From Octopus sinensis (Eukaryota), in contig NW_021832231.1 of the NCBI RefSeq assembly GCF_006345805.1, positions 434,001 through 498,000 on the forward strand: 64,000 nucleotides of DNA, written 5' to 3'. Position 1 is the stretch's first letter; the number at the start of each line of letters is the position of its first letter. Shown one piece after another: positions 37,700 through 53,489 of the stretch. Below the pieces are notes generated by a model. The model was not told the DNA's origin. It was given only the letters and a program-made list of their open reading frames with translations, and made no database searches. Made by a program: the position numbers and the translations under genes.

Positions 37700-37940
37700 G
37701 AAACGCTAAAAATCAAGAAATACAGTGCATTATCGCACCGTCATATCTTTGTCCTGATCGCAGTGAAGACGTCGGGAGTCCTCGGTCCCAGAACTAAAAA
37801 ATTCCTTATTAAACTCGGGGACCTGGCAAGCAGAAGGAGAAATGATCATCGGGAACGGACATGGCTTTTCCAACGCATATCAATAGCCATCTTGCATGGG
37901 AATTGCCATTCCATCTTATCCTCTGCTGCTAATTAAATAC
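37700..37940 (+). mobile_element. CRE-clade 3' fragment, same subfamily as the 26240-26730 copy
   Basis: Nearly identical nucleotide sequence to the 3' half of the 26.2-kb copy, including the end after the stop (gctaattaaatac). Confidence 0.9.
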
Positions 37941-38336
37941 AGATATTAAATCTTATAAAGAGATATTTGTTTAGATTAAATTGACGAATACCAAGATATC
38001 AAATCTTATCCTTAAGTTTTGATAAGTAATCTTTGTATGTCAATTGATCATAATTTCTTCTTTTTTTGGGACTCTGACAGCTTGTTTTAAGTCGATTTTT
38101 TTCTTACATGAATGATCAAAATATCCACATCACGTGAGGTAGTGGTTAATTAGCCAATAATTCATGAAAACATAAATATATCCACAGTAGATTTAACTTG
38201 AGTTAAATTATAGATAAAAACAAGAAAAAGTAATAAAAATATTTGATTTAAGAACATTTAGATATGAAATTTTTATAAATTGTGAGTTTTTTGACTAATT
38301 AAACAGTTCTCCATGGAAATCTTACAAAAGTAATAG

Positions 38337-40818
38337 ATGGTACTGTTTTACACTTTACAAATATTAGTCAGAATCGGTTAAAGTGTGTGTTCGATGTCGG
38401 CCATTAAACGAGAAGGAAGAATCTAAAAGCTATCGAAAGTAACCAAAAAAGTAAACTTGTCAGTATTGTCCAAATGGAATGCTCAACTGGACAGATTCAT
38501 TTAAAGGGACCACAGGAAAATAAAAGTTTCACATTTGATCACATATTTGACCAAACGTACGAATATTGCTGAAATAACACATAGTTGTACTCAGACTGAT
38601 ATATATGAACAGGTGGTGAGACCCATCGTCGATTCCGTCCTGGCAGGTTATAATGGGACAATCTTTGCATATGGACAGACGGGGACTGGGAAAACATTTA
38701 CCATGCAGGGTCTGAACTGATTTTTTACCACAGGAGTAAAAACTAACCCTAAAATGAGAGGAGTCATCCCAAATTCGTTTCATCAGATTTTTGAGCATAT
38801 TTCATCTTCTGTAAACTGTCAATATTTGGTTCGATGTTCATATTTGGAAATATACAGAGTAACTCACATTAAAATTAAATCAAAGGAAGATATACGAGAC
38901 TTGCTTTCCAGTGACCACTCCTTTCGCCATGAATTAAAGGAACGGCCTGACACAGGAGTTTACGTCAAAGACCTGTCTACCGTCGTTACTAAAAACGTCG
39001 AACAAGTACAGCGAGTGATGGACATTGGGGACAAAAATCGTAGTGTAGGGTATATTGTGTTGTTCAAAGTTGCCAGATCCACTAATATGAACGAACACAG
39101 TTCAAGGTCTCATGCGATTTTTACTGTCACAATTGAGTGCTCCTCGGTTTGTTTTTTCTAGACATATAACAGGTTTGGGAAGACGGGGAAGAACATATCC
39201 ACGTGGGAAAACTTAATATGGTAGATTTGGCTGGAAGTGAAAGACAATCAAAGACAGGATCGACAGTTGGAATATTTCTGAATCACTTTAAAGGGAGACC
39301 GATTTATGGAGTCTGTAAAAATCAATCTGTCCCTTTCTACTCTAGGAAATGTAATATCAGCTTTGGTAGACCCGAATGTCACCCACATCCCCTATCGAGA
39401 TTCTAAATTGACGAGACTATTACAAAGTAAGAAGGGTCACTTATAGTAGACTCTCTTGGAGGGAACTCCAAAACCGTTATGATTGCTAATATTGGCCCGG
39501 CCGAGTATAATTACGAGGAGTCACTGCTCACTCTGAGGTCATTCCAAAGTTTTACTCCAAAGATACGCCAATCGTGCCAAGAAAATCCAAAACAAGCCAC
39601 ACGTCAACGAAGATCCCAAAGACGCCATCCTTCGAAACTACCAGCAGGAGATCGAGAGACTCAAATCACTTTTACAACACAAACAAGAGTCAACCAAATC
39701 GGAAGAGACCGAGGAAGACATGGTTATCAATGAGAGACATAAATTGGAAGAAGAACGGAACAAAATCATGAATAACGACACGTTGCTTAACAAAGTAATC
39801 AATTCAATCACTTTTAAGGAAAAGACCCGTTTGATGGAACAACTCGAGACCAAACAAGAGAAATTGAGGATTCAAGAAGAAAACAGAATTCAGCTCAGCA
39901 AAAAACTGCAGGTGAGGACACAAATCTACGTCCTAGAGCATGCAAAGTAAACTTCTCAATGGAACGACTAATTTTGTTCGACACACTCGAGAACAGCAAG
40001 CAAAGTTGGAGGAAAGAAGAGAGGAATTGGCTAAACAAGAAGTTGACATAAAATAAATCATTTTAAGATAAAAGAAAGAGAAATTATTGACCAAATTAGA
40101 CGGAAGAAAGAAACATCAAATGAATTGAAGGAAACATATTCCAGTCTTCGACAAGAAGCAGATATAAAGACTAGAAAACTCAAAAAAGTAAAATAATCGA
40201 TTTGAAGTAGTTACTCTCTAAACTCGAAATGGCAAAAAAAGAAATAGTCAAACTGCAGCAAATCCATTCTTTAGAATTGACTGAGTTCATGGAAGCAGAG
40301 GCGGATCTCATAAAGGAGATTAAACTCAAGTTTTTGACCAGCCTTAAATTTCTAGAAAAGGGATTGTCGAGAACTTTATTCCGCCAGATCAGGTAGAAAA
40401 AATATCTCGAATTGCCTTCTGCGACGAAGAGACGGACAATTGGCATTTGGACTCATTTCTCAATTCAGAGTTAATAATATTTAAACAACCAGTAGAACCC
40501 ACAAAGAAATCTTCAGACGACCCTTTTACACGGAGTCTACTTTGAAGGCAGTTCGGATTGAGCATGGTGGGTCGACATTGGTGAGGGGTGGTTGTTATTC
40601 TCCTGGCTGATGAGCCCATTGCTTCACTTGATATGCCAGAACGCACAACCAGGCAATACCAAGACCCGGCGGTAGCTCCTTCAGTCAAGGCTGCCCTTGA
40701 TGTGGCCTTGGAAGGGGAACAGGACGTAGAGGTCATCACCAGTTCACCAATGCATCGGATTGAGGACCAAGTGAGGTATCACAGACCGAGGTTTAGGAAT
40801 TATACAATCAAAGTGTAG
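38337..40818 (+). CDS. KIF3B: Kinesin-2 motor subunit
   Basis: [12 protein letters not shown]; [20 protein letters not shown]; [12 protein letters not shown]; [10 protein letters not shown]; tail [28 protein letters not shown] is KIF3B/C-type. Confidence 0.93.
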
Positions 40819-40999
40819 ATCTTCAAAAAGTTCTAAAAGTAGAAACTCTGGGAGTTATCCTACTGCGAGAGGTCTTGTTAAAAAATGAATATAAAAATTA
40901 ACAAAAATATTTTTAAGTTAAAAATTGTGTTTAGTCTGCTTTAGTAATTTTAAAAATTAAAAATTGACTGATCATTATTTAATAAATATTTAAACGAAA

Positions 41000-41491
41000 A
41001 TGACGTCTCGTGCTTTACCGAGTGCATATATCGAGTCCAACCTTCATTGTGGAGTCGGAAGATATGTATGCCAACTTCAACGTCTTGTCATCAAGCTTTG
41101 CAAGACACGTGTCGATAGCTACGGTGCCAGGTGGGACTACTTTGCCTTAATTTCCAAAGAGAATTTATAGAAACCAAGGTGACTGAATTAGCCAAGAATA
41201 ACCCCGGAGTAGTCATTTACGTATCCCCACGCAGATTCCGACCCCCGGAACTTGTGGGGGAATATTGTATCTTTATATATTAGACAAATAGTGACTGGGT
41301 ATTATCGCAAAGTCGGAATTGCCAATTTTGATTCTGAGGAGATTTCCCAGTGGGTTTCTATGCTTCTTTCCGCTTCCGGATTCCCTCAGCAACGGTTAAG
41401 GAAACGGTGGCGGACATTCAATCCATCCACTCAAGGGATATGGAGCCCCTTCACTCATAGGCGATCATTCGAGGATCTTGGACTGGACTGA
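41000..41491 (+). CDS. MRPL43: Mitochondrial ribosomal protein mL43
   Basis: GVGRYVCQLQRL..CK..DSYGAREFIE..NPGVVIYV..GEYLTG..STQGIWSPFT; introns of about 29 and 25 nt. Confidence 0.92.
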
Positions 41492-41637
41492 CTCTTTAAC
41501 TCCAACTATTTTAATTTCCTTAATATTATATGCAGACTTGTTTTTGTATCAAATAAAAGCAATAGGAATATTTTTATATGAAAATAAATAATTTGAGATG
41601 TTACAAAAGTTAAGTTTTCGTTAGTGCTGAATGAATT

Positions 41638-44351
41638 TTATGCTCCCCAAACTTTTGGACTTAGAAAAAAGTTTTTTTCTAATTTATCCAATCGACATTT
41701 TCTCCCAGTTTTTCCCTCAATTTCACAGGACCTCGCAGTTGGTGTGACGACATTTGGAACATTCCAGGTCTCAGAAAAACGTGCTTTGACATAGTTTTTT
41801 GTAGATATTTTCAATTTCGGAGTTAAGTTTGGTAAGGAAACGTCGTAAAAATATGGAAGACACAAATTGCATGTTTTTGAATTGTTTCGCATTAAATGAG
41901 ACTTTGCGTGTGCTATCGCCATTAGGTCATGTTCGTCGACGGGGTTTCTCATCTCAAAACGTTGGTTTGACAAATTTTTTTTGGGCTGAGATTTTCTTGT
42001 CGATTTTTCGTTAGGAAGTTGTTGGAGAATGTCGATTTTTAATTCATGTTTTTTCAATAATTTTTTATTTAAAATTGTAAATTTCTTTTTTTTGTCGTTT
42101 CCGATTAATTTTCCAATCGGCGACTTTCGTTTTCTCGTTTTTCTACCTGAAAATTTCATTGAGACATTTTCAGTTTTATTACTACAAGGGACCGAAATGG
42201 AGAATGGTTGATTGTTCCCGCCACCATTTTTGATCCCCGATGAACCCTGGTTAAGAGAAATCAATTTTTCCACATTTTTGTTTGCCTTGTTGCAATTTTC
42301 ATTATGTTTTTCTGAATTGTCATTTTGTTTATTTGGTGACTCGATCTTTAATGGAGAGATCCGCTTCACCGGTTTAGGGATTCTGAGAGGGACCCCATCA
42401 ACGACCAAGTTCGATCCAATGTATTGAGGGGTTGGAACGCACATTCCCTTATAAAGTATCTCAAAGTCCCCGACACTGGCTGTTCTATTAGCCTTTCGAT
42501 CGCAAATGACTAAATTCTCCAAATATGATTGAAAACCTTTAATGGTGTCGTCGAGGACCGCAGAACACATTGATTGAGTCACGGACGTGCTCGAGTCCAT
42601 GCTGGGACTTGAATTGATCTCAATCAGCCAAGGATTAAGCTGTTCGTCGATTATAAAATCTGCTCCATAAAGCTCGAAGGAATTCTATTTATCGAAGACA
42701 CATTGAAACCTTTCGTTGATCGACGGACTCTTGTGCACAGAGAACAGCACAGAGAATGTACTTTTTCATGTTCGGATAAATGTGGTCCCTCCAATGATGT
42801 GGGTGTCCAATTGACCTTTCGACTAATAGTTCAAAAATACTCCAAATATTGCTGGAACCGACCACTCGTCCACATGTTCTCCTCGGGGAGGAGGTCGGAC
42901 CTTCCTCGGTCGTTTGAATAGTTCCTTTGGATGGCGTTGTTGTTGAGGTGTATTGACCTGTCATAGACACACATGAAAACGCGTGAAAGTCGTGCAAAGA
43001 GAATCTCTGAGAACAAAATCTGAGGTAACTGTGCTTGTATATCCAAATAGTCAGAGGGTTCCAATCAGTGACCAAAAACCATTGACGAATGTCGAATTTT
43101 GTGCGGTGAATTAAAAGAGGTCGTTCGATGTATTTTTGTACTACAAAACGTGCTTTTTGCTTGCTGTATGTCGTGTCAGAAACACGCATTATGTCTGACA
43201 GTTTATCACAAATGAAGATCCCTAAGGATAAGGAACTCGAGTCGACCTCGACCACGAGACCTCGCCGCGGGCTTCACAATCCAAATATTTCGAGTTCCGT
43301 CGATTCTTTCTTGTGGACATAACTCAAAAACTTGTTTTAAAAGTTGTGCACAGTATTCTGCTTTTTCCATTGGCAGGAAGACATCTTTTAATCTGAAATG
43401 TAATATTTTGAACTACTTTAACTTTGCGCAGTAATTATGGAAGGACGACCACCTTTCAGGGGAGGGGACAGTCTATGGGAGTGGGGGACGGTACCAAACT
43501 GATAGAGGATCATCAATATCTTGATTTGTTTTGAATTTTAAAAAGTTTTCGACAGTTTTTATAGCAAAAAAAATATTTTCTGAGACAAAAGTTGTTTCCG
43601 AGTGTTCTACACGTTGTGTCAATATTTTGAGAAGTGAAACACATGCAGTCAAATTATAGTCCTCTGCAAATAAAAATATTAAAAAACGGGTGAATGCAGT
43701 TAAATCATCTTCGTCAAACAGTCGGTAAGCCCGAGGATATATCGCGGCCTCATCTACATCAGAATACCACCCAAGAAGCTTGAGATGCTGCAACAGTCCT
43801 GCCTACAACAATCCGAATTGAACTACTTTTGTAGTTAAAGACCAGGATCCTCGAAAATGGTTAATAATTTGGTGTTTCTCAACAAGTCGATAATCCACGG
43901 CATTTGAGCGGAGAGTCCAAATGAGGTTTGAAATTGTGTTTCGAAGAATCCGGGACTTGATTTTATTTTTAAAATTAAACTGTAATTTTGCATTGCTGAA
44001 TTTGATCTTGAGCATTGTTTTCTGAATCATTGATTTCATCTAACAAATAATGAACTAAAATTTGCCAAGCAACCATTTCCCTCGTCGTCCTCATCAGAAA
44101 GGGAGTTTTCGTCTTTTTGTTTAGGAAGTTTTGAGGGTCCGACGGCCTTCTCAAGCCATCCACGAGACACAAGTGACCTTCTTATAATGTCATAGCCACC
44201 AAAAATAGAAAAAACTTTTCCTGACTAAAAAGTAAGAGAAAATAGCCACTTTGACTATCGAATCGACATATGCCTTAATTTGTTTGATATCTTGAATTTT
44301 TAGTTTTTTGTAAGATTCTTTAATGTGAATTTTGTTTGTAGGCAAATCCAT
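41638..44351 (-). CDS. TTLL3: Tubulin monoglycylase (TTLL3/TTLL8)
   Basis: VFSIFGGYDIIRRSLVSRGWLEK; INHFRGSWSLTTK; IDGTRNIWIVKPAARSRGRG; VVQKYIERPLLIHRTKFDIRQWFLVTDWNPL; FELYGADF. Confidence 0.92.
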
Positions 44352-44648
44352 CGATTTAGAAATAGCTTAAAATAAATATAATAAAGCACAACATTTTAAA
44401 TTTTCAATTTAACACTAATAGACAATATTTAAATAATTTATTATTATTTGTAAACATGGAAACCATTTTATATTTAGTTAAAAATAATTAAAATAAGACA
44501 AATTAAATAAAAACTACAAATTTTATATAAAAATCAATATTTGTCTTATTAATACATAATTTAAAAAAATTAAGATTTTTAAGACAAAATATTCAAATAA
44601 TAAAATATAATTTTATAATAAAATAAAAACTGATTGGCGCGTAAATTA

Positions 44649-47185
<2,537 letters not shown>

Positions 47186-47489
47186 TTTGTTTTTTACTTA
47201 AAAATGACTATTTGATTCTACTGGACAGTATATGTAATATTAAGTAAAATGAAATGGTATGTTTCTGAATGACTCTATTTTTGTGTACAGTACATTACGT
47301 TTTACTGAAGGAAATAAACCATATAGGTGCAGTTTTGAGTGTGCTTGTTTGGTATAAGTGATATTTTTAATAAAGGTGTAAGGGCTTTGTTTATCAAAAA
47401 GTGCAAGAAAACTGACAGTTGATATTATTTATTTTTGAAGAAAACCCAGAAAACAAAATTAGTTAGGTGATCCCACATTCCCAATCGAT

Positions 47490-47695
47490 TTACGCACTTT
47501 TGGTCACTGGGAAACTCATTAGAAGGAAGACTAATGACCACCGGGAAACCAGCTGGCTGTACCAGAAGGTATCTATAGCAATTTTGCAAGGTAACTCGTT
47601 TGCTATCCGCGGTGCGGCCAGGGCGAATCCTAATTTTCTGATATGCATTGACTCTTAGTTGAGTAATCAATTATAAAAATAAAAAAACTTTTCGC
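47490..47695 (+). mobile_element. CRE-clade short 3' fragment
   Basis: KLIRRKTNDHRETSWLYQKVSIAILQGNSFAIRGA, followed by an A-rich tail. Confidence 0.8.
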
Positions 47696-47699
47696 ATCT

Positions 47700-48211
47700 T
47701 CTCTCTGTGTTCAGCCAGGAGTCCGACGCATCTTTTTATTGGCCGAGGATACAAGGCTCTGGGTTGTTTCCAGCATGTTTTAACATAAAACAGAACCCGT
47801 CATCCTCACAAGCGTTTCGAAGGGAGTTGGTTTTATAAACCGTTCAGTACAACTGGAGATAGACTTTGCAGTTTGAGATCTATTGTAGATTTGTTGGGGC
47901 AAACATGGTACCACAAGAATAAACAATAAAGAACTCGTAGTATATATTGTTAAACCAGGGTTGTTGTATTTCCGTGCATGAACCGAGAAAGGCCTTTAAA
48001 AGTTCAAACTTCTCGATAGTTTAGCTATAACATTGTTAGAGAATGAAAATTGGATGTCAAAGGTCATACGAGTATTTCCCAAGTTTATATCCAACTCCGA
48101 AATCAATGTTGTTTTAAACGAAACAAGAATTACGCAGGCAGTTGATATCAAAACTGTTTTTGTTTGCGGTCGTGAAAGTACAGTTTGGTGATAGGACGAA
48201 TTTCTAACCAA
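47700..48211 (-). CDS. Unidentified, possibly membrane-anchored small protein
   Basis: ORF MVRNSS..TVLISTACVILVSF.. plus further coding-like segments; divergent from the KH gene. Model unresolved. Confidence 0.25.
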
Positions 48212-48340
48212 ATTTTTAAAATAGTGAATATCCCTATATAAGATTATTTTTTGGACAAAAATTTACTTTTAAGTCATATAATAAATTTTTTTTATAATAA
48301 ATTGTATTATTAAATTAAAAAAGATTGTCTTTGTTGGTAC

Positions 48341-49501
48341 ATGTTGTCCTCGTTAGGTATTAAATTGTTTAAAACTAATAATTAAAAAGACCTCCAAGAC
48401 TACAATGTCCGTCTTCTTGTATCCGATCAGGTAATTTCACCAACTAAACGTTTAGATCGTCGGGAAATTCATAGGCCGAGTAAGACAGTGTATCATTCAT
48501 ATTAGAGTGGAGCCAACATCCGGGATATCCGCAATAATGTAATTCTTGTCCTCACCTGTAGATATCCTCCCGAATAACCGTGTCTGACAGCTGCAGTCAC
48601 GAACGGGTCATTTCCTGTACTGGAAAGAAGGACACAGTCTTTGTCTGTCTTGCTGTGGTCCTCAGAAGACTCCGAGAAGCAGAGACTGCAGCCTACCCTT
48701 CCTACACATCCCCATCCAATTGGAAAATGAAATTCTTAATTCCTGCCATTTGGGTGGACGAGACCTCCGATCCTTATCCCGAGTTGGATAAAATTCAACT
48801 TGTAAGTCTTGTGGGTCTAAATTGACAGAAATGTGATGCTTTGATGAAGATCTCTTTGGAAGTCCCTGCCAATCCTTCCGAAGTTGTCCTTATTGTCACG
48901 GGACCTCCAGAAAACATGGCAAAATGTGTTGAGGGGTTGTTTCATACTTTTTCGGTCAGTCGTGATTGTAATGGCCAGAATAGGACTCGACTGCCCCCCA
49001 AGGATTACGACCCTTTGAAGGCAGCCGAGCAACTTTGTAGGGCCGGGGAACCAGATAACCCGGGATTGGGGTCAAATGACGACCGGGAATTCCAACAGGA
49101 GTTGATTGTCCCCAACAGTCAGATCGGCTGTATTATTGGGCACAGGGGGACTATGATTGACGAAATAAGGTGGTCTGGTTTTGTATAATTTTTAGAAAAA
49201 AGTCAGGGGCGGCAATCAAAATATTGGATGGAAAGGATATTGAAAACAGAAAAATAATGATTTCCGGTCGCCTTGATTCTGTTATTTTGGCAATCGAGCA
49301 GATTAGAAACACGTAAGTTTGAAGGGGAAATGTGGTAGGTTTACGTCGTCCAACATGAGCACTCCGGCTCCTGCCCTCCAAGTGGAGTATCAGTGTGCGC
49401 CTCCACCGCCGCCTCCGCAGTCCTACGGAATATTAATGTATCAACCAATCCCGCCTCCTCCTCCGCCTCGCCCGAAACATCACCAAATTGTATATTTTTA
49501 G
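48341..49501 (+). CDS. PCBP: Poly(rC)-binding protein-like KH protein, paralog A, Pro-rich tail
   Basis: Spliced KH1 VRLLVSDQ/IVGKFIGR/SGANIRDIRNN/ISSRITVSD..ERVI; KH3 ELIVPNSQIGCIIGHRGTMIDEIR..SGAAIKI; middle KH lacks GxxG. Confidence 0.82.
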
Positions 49502-49799
49502 AGACATAATGGAGTTGAATGAAGGATAGTGACGTTCGCACTCATAGACGATTCGAGCCCTACTGAAACCTAATTATTCTTCTTTTTATTGGTTATTCTA
49601 TTAATCTGTCTATCTATAATGACAACTACTTATTAGGCATTTATGGAATAGCGTAAATGAATTAAGTTTTTTTATGCCACGATTTCTATCTTTTTCATTG
49701 AGTTTTTTAGGATTCCTCGTTTTGGGAATTATTTGTAGAGAGCATATGTTTTGGGAATTTTGGGATTTCTAATTTATTTAGAATAGATCAGGACTGTAT

Positions 49800-51900
49800 G
49801 CAGTGACATTGGGTTTTCACGAAAAGATCCTTTGTGTTGTGGAAAATAATTTTCCATTGTGTGCGTAAAATATGACCATTAAAATCATCATCTAAGAATA
49901 TCTATTGACAGCGGTTTTGAGCCACACCTTTTTTATAGTGCCGAGTTTGTTATTGTTCCTGGCAAATGTATATTTTCCTTAGCAGGTTTAGGTTGTTCAA
50001 TTCCAAGTTGATTATTCCCCATGCCGACACGTTATATGGCAGAATGGGACCACTAATGTGTTATTGATCCTTGTGGTAAACTTCTTTGTCGACAGATCTT
50101 CAGAAACTAGTTATATGTTGAAATCAAGACATGACGCAACGTGCTGCTACTGTTACGACGTGATTTATCACTACTCAAGCATGTGTATGAGATATTCTCT
50201 CAAAATCTCTTTGCCATTTCGTCTGTCCCCCTAGCGGACCGCAGAGTGACCCGGAAGATACCTGCGTGTAAGGTCAGAGGTGGAGTACTGACTGGTATCA
50301 ACAGGGCCATTGCTCACCATTTGTTGAGTAAGCGGCCAGAGTCTCTAGAGGAGATTTCTTTTTTTTGTATGTGGCTCAAGTTACCTACGAGGAATTGACG
50401 GTTAAGCCCAGACAACCTAGTAAGTGGAAGGACAACATCGCTGCAAAGATTTCTTTGTGCGAGGTAGAGCTGGAAGCACTGATTGGGCACAAGACTCCTC
50501 CCTTGGTGCGTACTTCACCGACACAGGGCCGCTAAGTGGGACCTGAATGAAATCGTTGGGGCAAAGAATGAGGTAGAAGAGTCTATTCTTGTTTACAAGA
50601 AGAAGTGTATAGCGTCCCCGGATAGTATCCCAGGCTGGTTGTGCACTGGTGTTACTTATTTGATACCAAAAGTGTCCTGTCCAGCGTCTCCGGCAGATTA
50701 TCGTCCGATAACCTGCATGCCCTCCTTATACAAGCTGATGACCAAGTTGGTGGCTAATGAGGTCAGAGGATTTGTTGAGGTTAATGGCATTCTATCCGAG
50801 AATCAGCTCGGAACTGTGAGGAATTGCCAGGGAGCAAAGGAGCAGGCATTGATCAACAAGTGTCTTTCTAACGCTTACGGAAACTCACTTATGTCCATGT
50901 GGGTGGATGTTAAGAAGGCATTTGACTCCGTTGATCATGCATATCTCATCGAATGTCTACACAACGGAGGCGGGCATCAATGTTATGCAAAACTCATTTA
51001 AATGAAAGGAATTTATTCCATGCGTTGAATGAATATGCAATATCATTGCTTAACTATTATGTAGGTATTGTGGAGTTTGAGCCACAGGAGTACGATGATA
51101 TGGATTGTATGATCCGTAGAGTACTGATGAGAATTAGCTATGAGAATTAGCTTTGTATGAGAATTAGCTATCCTGTCCCAATATCAATTATTTTTGATAT
51201 TTGTAATGATTGCAGCTAGTTTCATAGCCTCATATCTGATTAAACCACTAATCTCCCAGTTTTTAGCTTTTTGATTGCTATTGAGGTTTCATAAACGATT
51301 ATTAAAGAGGTTAATACCCTTATAGCCTATGAGTAATGTCCTGACTCATTGTCCTAATTTATCAATCTATAATAGTAATTATCGATTAAGAATTGTGTTT
51401 GCAGGTTTTGTTGTGTCGATATCCAATGTTATTTTTGATTACTTTAACTGAATGCTATAAATTTTATTTTTACCACAAGTTTGTGGTCACCGTTTGTTTT
51501 TAGTCCTCCATATGACCGTAAATTGCCAAGTAGATGTTTATAAGCACGTATTAGAATATAGTCGATCTGATTGTAGGTTGTATATTTCTGCTAAGTCGTT
51601 TCTGACTCCAACTTAGGTAGTTTAAAACACCGTGTTGCATAAAAATATATCTACGCAGGTGTAGAACTGTATCAAAACAGTTTCAGGAGTACTTCGGCTG
51701 TTTGTTTCATGAGAGTTTTACTGATTCGGGCTTTTTCGTTTTACAAATCCAGTTCCCAGCAATGAAGCATAAATATAGATGAGCTGACTGCAGTAAGAGC
51801 TCGGGAACAACATTACGGTTTAGATCCACGTTACAGGCATTTCATTTTTGAGACTATTTACGCAATAGTTTTTAATTTTCTAGCATACGGGCTGTACAGG
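49800..51900 (-). mobile_element. Degenerate RTE-like non-LTR element (APE to C-terminus), interrupted by an R4-like piece
   Basis: APE motif YNQIDYILIR..NLRSYGG..DHKLVV (about 51480-51580); AIKKLKTGR (about 51260); C-terminal TLVVPILPYNVSAWG..TITNSAL*KRCG..GHILR (about 49880-50060). Confidence 0.6.
50140..51150 (+). mobile_element. R4/NeSL-like reverse transcriptase fragment
   Basis: IPGWLCTGVTYLIPK..DYRPITCMPSLYKLMT..NQLGTVRNCQGAKEQALINK..WVDVKKAFDSVDH; post-RT RNLFHALNEYAISLLNYYVG. Confidence 0.85.
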
Positions 51901-52338
51901 TCATTAGACGACAGAACTACACGTCGAGGATCTAATTTTAAACTATGGGCCATTATTTATCTAAATACTAAGATAAAAGAAATAATTCCAGCTCTGTTAT
52001 CGTTCGATTCAGCAATAAAGTGAATTTAATAATAAAGTGACTGTTTGAGACCATTAAAGCTGAGATAAGATAAAATTCCTGAACCAATTAAACTAAACAC
52101 AACTCTGAATGAACAAAAAAACTATCCAAATGCCGAAAAATTCAGAAGAGATGTGTCAATTAGACCATTAAAGCTGTCTGACAGCAAAGAGACAATTAAA
52201 TACAAAACAACAGGTAACCAATTAACTCGTAATTAAGTAATGTCTGCAGTACTGTGTCTAATATAAAAAAAAGTAATTAAGAAAACATTTAAAAAAAAAT
52301 GACCAACAAAAAAAGATATCGAAAAAGTACACAACTAA

Positions 52339-52770
52339 TCAACTTGATTCGGAACTCGAATCCTCGTCCTCAGATTTCTGTTTCTTCCCCTTTTTTGGTT
52401 TCGCTGTGGGGTTTTGACTGGGCGTGTATGAAGCCATTTCCTACTCATGCGGTGACACCTACCTACCTTATCGTATCGCTCTCGGTCCTGCTTGGCCTGT
52501 TCGTTGTATTTGGCCTTTTCCTTGTCAGATAGACTCTTCCAAATGACTCCCAGTTTCTTCCCAATCTCAGTAAATGTAATGTCTGGGTTCTCTTTCTTAA
52601 TGGCGGACCTCCTGTCCATTCCAAACCAGAAGAAACCAGATCTACCATTGATGGTTTAATATGAAGATATACAGTGGTTTTTTAGGGGCATTTGGATCTT
52701 TGATTGGTTTTTTAGAGCCCTTTGGGGAGCCTGCTTTGGTTGTTTTCTTTTTAGTGGCAGCTCGTGGCAT
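52339..52770 (-). CDS. Single HMG-box protein (NHP6/HMG-D/SSRP1-box type) with acidic Ser tail
   Basis: KDPNAPKKPL/SGFFWF..RSAIKKENPDITFTEIGKKLGVIWKSL..KAKYNEQAKQDRERYDK/EMASY..SEDEDSSSESS; introns of about 31 and 22 nt. Confidence 0.9.
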
Positions 52771-53489
52771 CTTACTAAGAATGATGTATACGCACAGACA
52801 GACTTAGTGAATAACTACACGCTGAAGCGGTATATTTAATTATAAGAATTTAAAGCGATTATAAAATTATAATTTATTTAATATTTATTTTATTTTTAAT
52901 TGAAATTAATTATTCTTGTTCAGCTATTTAATTTTTATTTATTTACCTGAAAATACATTTTTAAATGAAACTTCTTATTTTATAACATTTATAAATTTAT
53001 TATTTAAATAATATTCCCCAAAAATTTATCCGCGCTAATTTATTATTTAAATAATATAAATTATCTTGTGTAACTAAAAGCAAAAATAATCGTTATGGCC
53101 ATAACCGAATTCATCCCGAAAACTAATTGAGCATGCCTTTTTATTTAGGGGAACAAATTTAGCAAAGAACCTCCTTTTAAATAGTAAAAAACATACCAGG
53201 ACCATCTCTAATTGCGTGGAGGTATTTGAAAATCGATATTTTAAAATCCTAATTCTTTTTGGAATATATCCTTACTAGTTTTTTTATTTTATTTAAATAC
53301 ATCAAGCCTCGATGGGAAGGTCCTAAGTTATATTGGGATATCCTTTCTGAACTAATCTAGGATATTAATTTTTCCTAAATAATCTACTTTTTCAAGAATA
53401 TATTGGATTAATATTTTTTACCTTGTAGATATTTTTAATCCATATAAAAAATTGGAGGTTTGTCTTAGTATTTAAATCAATGAAAGTTA

